Assembly: GCA_049647265.1 (NCBI GenBank)
Contig: JBARXJ010000061.1
Coordinates: forward strand, 28,750 to 60,749
DNA: 32,000 nucleotides
Origin: Microcoleaceae cyanobacterium
GTDB taxonomy: Bacteria > Cyanobacteriota > Cyanobacteriia > Cyanobacteriales > Microcoleaceae
Direction: 5' to 3'
The notes under the pieces: model-generated
What the model was told of the DNA's origin: nothing
Databases searched by the model: none
What the model saw: only the letters and a program-made list of their open reading frames with translations
Part shown: piece by piece, positions 27,616 to 32,000 of the stretch
Position numbering within the stretch: position 1 is the stretch's first letter
How the letters are laid out: every line of letters begins with the position of its first letter
Translations under genes and position numbers: made by a program

Positions 27616-29355
27616 ATGAATGCAGTTGAAATCGAAGAAGCCGTTTCCCAACTAGCGCAATCCCCTTTTGACCCAGAAGAATTTCCCTTTGCCTTCCTCG
27701 AAGCCTTCGGCAATAAGTCAACCACCATTAAACGGCTTAAAAGTAAACGCAGTAACTCAACAAATAAATCAGACCTCGGTGGTGTACTCCAGCGTCATAA
27801 TATCCATATCAAGGTTTGCCCGGAAGGCGAAGTAACGGCTACTCTCACAGCATTACGAGAAAGCCCTGCTACGACGAAACATAAAGCTAAGTTTATCCTC
27901 GCGACTGATGGCAAAACCTTAGAAGCAGAAAATATTACTGACGGGGAGACCATTGCCTGCGACTATCCCAACGTTGCTGACCACTTCGGATTTTTCCTAA
28001 TGCTGGCGGGCATTACAACCGTTAAACAGATTCGGGAAAATGCTTTTGATATTAAAGCCACGGGTCGCCTCAACCGCCTCTACATCGAACTACTCAAGGA
28101 AAATCCTGACTGGGACACAGCAGCACGTCGGGAGGAAATGAACCACTTTATGGCGCGGTTAATCTTCTGTTTCTTTGCTGAAGATACAAATATTTTCCAT
28201 AGTAATAACCTCTTCACAGACACTATTGCACAGATGAGTGCGAAGGATTCCTCGAATACCCACGAGGTGCTGTCAGAGCTGTTTAGAGCCATGTGTACGC
28301 CGCAAAAAGAGCGCGTAGGGTGGGGGATTCGTAATTGGGCTAATTGCTTTCCTTATGTGAATGGGGGGCTGTTTAACCCTCATCCTCTAACTCCTTCTCC
28401 CAAGCCAGAAGAAGAGCTATTTCACCCTCATCCCCTAACCCCTTCTCCCAAGCCAGGAAAAGGAGGACAAAGTTCGGCTCCCCTCTCCTCTTCTGGGAGA
28501 GCGGGTGGGGGTGAGGGCACATACTGGGAAATCTCTCCTGCCCTTAAAAAGAAAATGACTGAGGTTGCCCGTCAATTTCGTAAAGAACCAACTCCTAGTG
28601 AAAAAATCCTCTGGCAAGCCTTGCGCGGACGCAAACTAGAAGGACGAAAGTTCAGACGACAACAGCCGATAGGTGTTTTCATTGTTGACTTCTTTTGTGC
28701 AGCCGAGCGGGTGATTGTGGAAGTAGATGGAGGCGTACATAACTCACAGCAACAAGCAGACCAACAACGGCAGGAGTTGCTGGAGTCCTTGGGCCTGAGA
28801 GTGGTTCGTGTCAGCAGTGAGTTGGTCGAAAGAAATTTAGATGAAGCATTGGCTATCGTGCAACAAGCGTTTAGCCCTCATCCCCTAACCCCTTCTTCCA
28901 AGCCAGGAGAAGGGGAACAAGATCTGGTTTTTCCTAATTCTCTAACTTCTTCTCCCAAGCCAGGAGAAGGAGGACAAAGTTCGGCTCCCCTCTCTTCCTC
29001 TGGGAGAGGGGCTGGGGGTGAGGGTTTTCAATCTGGAAAAGGGGAACAAGATCCGGCTCCCCTGTCCTCTTCTGAGAGAGAAGCGGGAGATGAGGGCATA
29101 GCAGTACCCCGTTTTAGTAAAATTGCCCGCTCTTATTTGCTGCACGTTGGCAGTCTTGACTGGAAGCAGATCAATCCCGATATCTTTGGCTCGATGATTC
29201 AGGCAGTGGCGGATGAGGAGGAACGAGGGGCGCTGGGAATGCACTATACCAGTGTACCGAATATCCTCAAAGTATTAAATCCGCTATTTTTGGATGATTT
29301 GCGTTGGCGAAGCCTCTCACGAGTGAGAATCGCAACTGAAAACCGCAGAAAATAA
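27616..29355 (+). CDS. MmeI-family type IIL restriction-modification enzyme, N-terminal (nuclease-like/helical) part carrying an in-frame DUF559 insertion; likely a fragment of a disrupted gene
   Basis: It is colinear with MmeI as I remember it: MARLIFCFFAEDTNIF, FPYVNGGLF, SLDWKQINPDIFGSMIQ, GMHYTSVPNILKVLNPLFLDDL. 240 extra codons are inserted after FPYVNGGLFN. The frame ends at TAA 29353-29355, just before the conserved region continues in another frame. Confidence 0.8.
   Translation: MNAVEIEEAVSQLAQSPFDPEEFPFAFLEAFGNKSTTIKRLKSKRSNSTNKSDLGGVLQRHNIHIKVCPEGEVTATLTALRESPATTKHKAKFILATDGKTLEAENITDGETIACDYPNVADHFGFFLMLAGITTVKQIRENAFDIKATGRLNRLYIELLKENPDWDTAARREEMNHFMARLIFCFFAEDTNIFHSNNLFTDTIAQMSAKDSSNTHEVLSELFRAMCTPQKERVGWGIRNWANCFPYVNGGLFNPHPLTPSPKPEEELFHPHPLTPSPKPGKGGQSSAPLSSSGRAGGGEGTYWEISPALKKKMTEVARQFRKEPTPSEKILWQALRGRKLEGRKFRRQQPIGVFIVDFFCAAERVIVEVDGGVHNSQQQADQQRQELLESLGLRVVRVSSELVERNLDEALAIVQQAFSPHPLTPSSKPGEGEQDLVFPNSLTSSPKPGEGGQSSAPLSSSGRGAGGEGFQSGKGEQDPAPLSSSEREAGDEGIAVPRFSKIARSYLLHVGSLDWKQINPDIFGSMIQAVADEEERGALGMHYTSVPNILKVLNPLFLDDLRWRSLSRVRIATENRRK
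28377..28518. repeat. Left block of palindromic GC-rich repeat units (one partial and one full ~95-nt unit)
   Basis: The block reads ccctcatcc(c)ctaac(c)ccttctcccaagccag... The full unit at 28424-28518 ends in ctgggagagcgggtgggggtgaggg, an imperfect reverse complement of its own 5' arm. Confidence 0.8.
28873..29096. repeat. Right block of palindromic GC-rich repeats: one unit nested inside another
   Basis: The outer unit has arms at 28875-28924 and 29054-29096, interrupted by a complete inner unit (28925-29038). aaggggaacaagatc is duplicated at 28910-28924 and 29039-29053. Confidence 0.75.
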
Positions 29356-29368
29356 TAGCCGCAAGTTA

Positions 29369-31165
29369 TTGAATTTACGGTCTCGAATTGCGCGAATTCG
29401 GGTGTTTGACCCCGCTTGTGGATCGGGTAATTTCCTGGTCATTGCTTACAAAGAAATGCGCTCAATAGAGGCAGAAATTAATCGTCGTCGAGGAGAAGAA
29501 AATCGGAAGTCAGAGATTCCTTTAACCAATTTTCGCGGGATTGAAATTCGCCATTTTGCCGCAGAGATTGCCCGGTTAGCGTTGATTATTGCGGAGTATC
29601 AATGTGATGTATTGTATCTGGGACAACTTACAGCTTGCGAACTGTTTCTGCCACTGAAGCAGGATAACTGGATTACCTGTGGCAATGCCTTACGGTTAGA
29701 TTGGTTAAGTCTTTGTCCGCCAACGGGAACCGATGTAAAGGTGCAAGGTGAGGATTTATTAAGTTTGTTGCATGATGAAGCGGAGATTGAGTTTGAGAAT
29801 GAAGGAGGGGAAACTTATATTTGTGGAAATCCGCCCTATTTGGGTTCTACTTGGCAATCGAAAGAACAAAAAGACGATCTCAAACAAATCTTTAGTGGAC
29901 GAACTAAAACCTGGAAATCCCTCGATTATGTGGCAGGTTGGTTTATGAAAGCGGCAGACTACGGAACACAGACAAAATCTGCGGCGGCGTTTGTATCTAC
30001 TAATTCAATCTGTCAGGGGCAACAAGTGCCAATTTTATGGCCGTTAATTTTTAAGACAAAACACGAAATTGCTTTTGCTCACACTTCTTTTAAATGGGCA
30101 AATTTAGCCAGTCATAATGCAGGGGTAACGGTAGTTATTGTCGGAATTTCTAATCATGCTGAAAAAATTCGACAGTTATTTTCTATTGATGAAAACGGTG
30201 AGACAGTTGTAAAAGAAGCTGAGAATATCAATGCTTATTTGGTGGCTGGGTCTAACGTTATTGTTGAAAAAGCGATGAAGCCGTTAGATGGCTTCTTTGA
30301 AATGAGTTTTGGTAACAAACCTGTTGATGGTGGAGGTCTTCTGCTCACATCAGATGAAACAAGGCTACTTCGCAAACAAAATGAGACCGCTTATCAAGAC
30401 TTCGTTCGACCTTACCTGGGATCGGAAGAGTTGATTAATGGAAAATTACGTTTTTCCCTTTGGATTTCTGACGATGAAGCTAAAGAAGCGATAAAGTATT
30501 CTTTTATTACCGAGCGACTAGAAAAAGTGCGAAAGATGCGAGATTCCAGTAATAAAAAACAAACGAGAGAGGCTGCATCTTGGCCACATCGCTTTGGTGA
30601 AATTCGGCATCAACCCAGTAAATATTCAATTGTTGTTCCTCGTGTTAGCTCTGAAAACCGAGAATTTCTTCCTGTAGGTCTTGTTCAAGCTGGGACAATT
30701 ATCGGCGATCGCAACTTCGCCCTCTACGATGCCCCTCTGTGGAATATGGCACTCATTGCCTCCCGCCTCCATTGGGTCTGGATCGGCACTGTTTGCGTCC
30801 GGCTTGAAATGCGTTTCTCCTACTCCAATACCCTTGGCTGGAACACTTTCCCCGTCCCCACCCTCACCGAGCAAAACAAAACAGACCTTACCCGTTGTGC
30901 TGAGGATATTCTGCTAGCAAGAGAGCATTATTTCCCTGCCACTATTGCCGATATGTACGATCCAAAACGTATGGATAACGAGTTTCCTTTAGTTCGAGAA
31001 GCACACGATCGCAACGACGAAATCTTAGAGCGAATTTATATCGGTCGCCGCTTCAAAAACGATACGGAGCGATTGGAGAAACTGTTTGAATTGTATACTA
31101 AAATGACCAGACAAATAGCGTCATCGAAAAAGTCTGCAAAAAGGAAAACTCAAGGAGGCAAATAA
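29369..31165 (+). CDS. MmeI-family N6-adenine DNA methyltransferase / target-recognition part (C-terminal two thirds of the split R-M gene)
   Basis: 598-aa ORF with no ATG (TTG at 29369). Motif I is VFDPACGSGNFLV and motif IV is GNPPYLG (NPPY at 29828-29839). TRD and C-terminal blocks match MmeI blocks from memory: FGNKPVDGGGLLLT, SSENREFLPVGLV, YSNTLGWNTFPVP, DMYDPKRM. The frame is open upstream to 29327 and there encodes NNSRKLLNL, matching the MmeI region before motif I. Confidence 0.85.
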   Translation: MNLRSRIARIRVFDPACGSGNFLVIAYKEMRSIEAEINRRRGEENRKSEIPLTNFRGIEIRHFAAEIARLALIIAEYQCDVLYLGQLTACELFLPLKQDNWITCGNALRLDWLSLCPPTGTDVKVQGEDLLSLLHDEAEIEFENEGGETYICGNPPYLGSTWQSKEQKDDLKQIFSGRTKTWKSLDYVAGWFMKAADYGTQTKSAAAFVSTNSICQGQQVPILWPLIFKTKHEIAFAHTSFKWANLASHNAGVTVVIVGISNHAEKIRQLFSIDENGETVVKEAENINAYLVAGSNVIVEKAMKPLDGFFEMSFGNKPVDGGGLLLTSDETRLLRKQNETAYQDFVRPYLGSEELINGKLRFSLWISDDEAKEAIKYSFITERLEKVRKMRDSSNKKQTREAASWPHRFGEIRHQPSKYSIVVPRVSSENREFLPVGLVQAGTIIGDRNFALYDAPLWNMALIASRLHWVWIGTVCVRLEMRFSYSNTLGWNTFPVPTLTEQNKTDLTRCAEDILLAREHYFPATIADMYDPKRMDNEFPLVREAHDRNDEILERIYIGRRFKNDTERLEKLFELYTKMTRQIASSKKSAKRKTQGGK

Positions 31166-31494
31166 TGAATATCGCAATCGAGCTTCCGATGAATAAAATT
31201 ACTGAATTTTGTCAAAAATGGCAAGTAATAGAATTTGCCCTATTTGGCTCAGTTTTGCGCGATGACTTCTGCCCTGACAGCGATATTGATGTGATGGTGC
31301 AATTTCATCGAGATGCTCACCCCAGATTTAGTACTCTAGATCGGATGGAAACAGAACTCAAAATCATATTTGATCGCGATGTTGACCTAATTACCCGTCA
31401 GGGTATTGAGACCAGCCGCAATTACCTACGCCGTCACGAAATTTTATCTTCTGCCCAGGTAATTTATGCAACGAGATCTACAATTTCTGCTTGA
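31165..31494 (+). CDS. mntA: nucleotidyltransferase family protein (MNT/MntA-type antitoxin)
   Basis: 109 aa. LFGSVLRDDFCPDSDIDVMV is the GSxxRGx(n)SDxD minimal nucleotidyltransferase motif. Its ATG overlaps the upstream stop (TAATG at 31163-31167). Confidence 0.85.
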   Translation: MNIAIELPMNKITEFCQKWQVIEFALFGSVLRDDFCPDSDIDVMVQFHRDAHPRFSTLDRMETELKIIFDRDVDLITRQGIETSRNYLRRHEILSSAQVIYATRSTISA

Positions 31495-31804
31495 TATGCT
31501 GCAATCGGCAGAACTAATTATCACCTACACAAATCAGTGCGAAAAAGATGAGTTTATTAACAATATTCAGCTTCAAGATGCAGTTATTCGGAGACTTTTG
31601 GTAATTGCTGAAGCCGCTAGACGAGTTTCAGAAACGACTCAACAAACTTTACCAAATATTTCTTGGCAAGAAATCAACGGCATGAGAAATCGATTAGTTC
31701 ACGAATATGATGATGTTAATCTTAATATCGTTTGGGATGTGGTTCAGTTCGAGATACCGCAGTTGATTGAAACTTTAAAGGTTAAGATTCCACCTGAACC
31801 TTAA
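31466..31804 (+). CDS. hepT: HepT-like (DUF86) HEPN ribonuclease toxin
   Basis: 112 aa. MRNRLVHEYDDVNLNIVW carries the HEPN Rx4H motif. It overlaps the MNT gene by 29 nt, the typical MNT-HEPN arrangement. Confidence 0.85.
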   Translation: MQRDLQFLLDMLQSAELIITYTNQCEKDEFINNIQLQDAVIRRLLVIAEAARRVSETTQQTLPNISWQEINGMRNRLVHEYDDVNLNIVWDVVQFEIPQLIETLKVKIPPEP

Positions 31805-32000
31805 CGATTGGGTGGTTAATGCCTCAGCAAGTTAAAATCGAAATCAGATCCTCGCAGGATAGAATAATGATTTCAGTTCCGAGTGATTCACCACGGAATA
31901 TACAGACGTGGCTACAATGCTAGAAGCGTGGCGGGTGGAGAAATATATGTGAATAAAATGTTCAATTCTCGTATCCATCAATGACTACGCTCATTATAGA

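Larger units (their letters stand above)
28377..29096 (+). mobile_element. DUF559 (Vsr-like PD-(D/E)xK endonuclease) cassette flanked by palindromic repeats, inserted in frame into the MmeI-family gene
   Basis: The core at 28519-28872 encodes ...PSEKILWQALRGRKLEGRKFRRQQPIGVFIVDFFCAAERVIVEVDGGVHNSQQQADQQRQELLESLGLRVVRVSSELV..., a classic DUF559 with the D...E-V-D-G-x-x-H motif intact. Repeat units lie on both sides. The host protein sequence resumes at IAVPRFSKIARSYLL. Confidence 0.7.

Noticed and set aside
28377-29096. Intein or CRISPR explanation for the insertion in the R-M gene
   Set aside because: An intein is unlikely. The N-junction lacks a Cys/Ser start (it reads LFN|PHPL), the C-junction lacks His-Asn followed by Cys/Ser/Thr (it reads DEG|IAVP), and no Hint-domain blocks are seen. 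It is not CRISPR either: the repeats are palindromic units of unequal spacing, one is nested in another, and no cas genes are present.
28435-29244. Minus-strand ORFs 28435-28617 and 28942-29244 as genes
   Set aside because: They are by-products of the palindromic repeats and are S/P/G/R-rich. I report them as a property of the repeats, not as CDSs.
28080-30917. Shadow ORFs 28080-28292, 30626-30874 and 30681-30917 within the R-M gene
   Set aside because: They are embedded in regions whose main frame aligns with MmeI-family conserved blocks. No independent evidence supports them.
1-32000. Prophage, integron, IS element or integrative island explanation for the accessory blocks
   Set aside because: I found no integrase, transposase, recombinase, tRNA attachment site or phage structural gene in any frame. 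The only mobile-looking sequences are the small repeats and the DUF559 cassette.

Overview
This window looks like a cyanobacterial chromosome segment. I hand-counted 17 perfect HIP1 octamers (GCGATCGC), where well under one is expected by chance. GC is roughly 40-45% by eye. A filamentous, Oscillatoriales-like origin is inference only. About 30 protein genes are supportable. The housekeeping core is the divergent sufR / sufB-sufC-sufD-sufS Fe-S cluster locus (8.0-13.9 kb). Ordinary genes surround it: DUF1800, TenA, an alpha/beta hydrolase, a GNAT, a TPR protein, a glycosyltransferase, an MDR oxidoreductase, an ECF sigma/anti-sigma pair, GGCT, VOC and a CHASE2 adenylate cyclase. Two accessory conflict-type islets stand out. 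(i) At 2.2-7.7 kb there is an orphan 303-aa protein, a DUF433/DUF5615 toxin-antitoxin-like pair, and a 1294-aa CHAT(caspase-like)-NB-ARC-TPR STAND protein. The TPR sensor region of that protein is a perfectly phased 120-bp tandem repeat carrying HIP1 sites. (ii) At 27.6-31.8 kb there is an MmeI-family type IIL restriction-modification gene that is colinear with MmeI but damaged twice. It carries a 720-nt in-frame insertion (a DUF559/Vsr-like endonuclease cassette bracketed by nested palindromic GC-rich repeats) and a frame break 13 nt before the methyltransferase part resumes. Its stop overlaps (TAATG) the start of an MNT/HepT (type VII TA) pair. Relatives of the same GC-rich repeat family sit in intergenic gaps near 7.8, 19.8 and possibly 25.3 kb. 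I saw no rRNA, tRNA, CRISPR array, transposase or integrase. All functional calls come from motif recognition by eye. No database search or computation beyond hand counting was possible.
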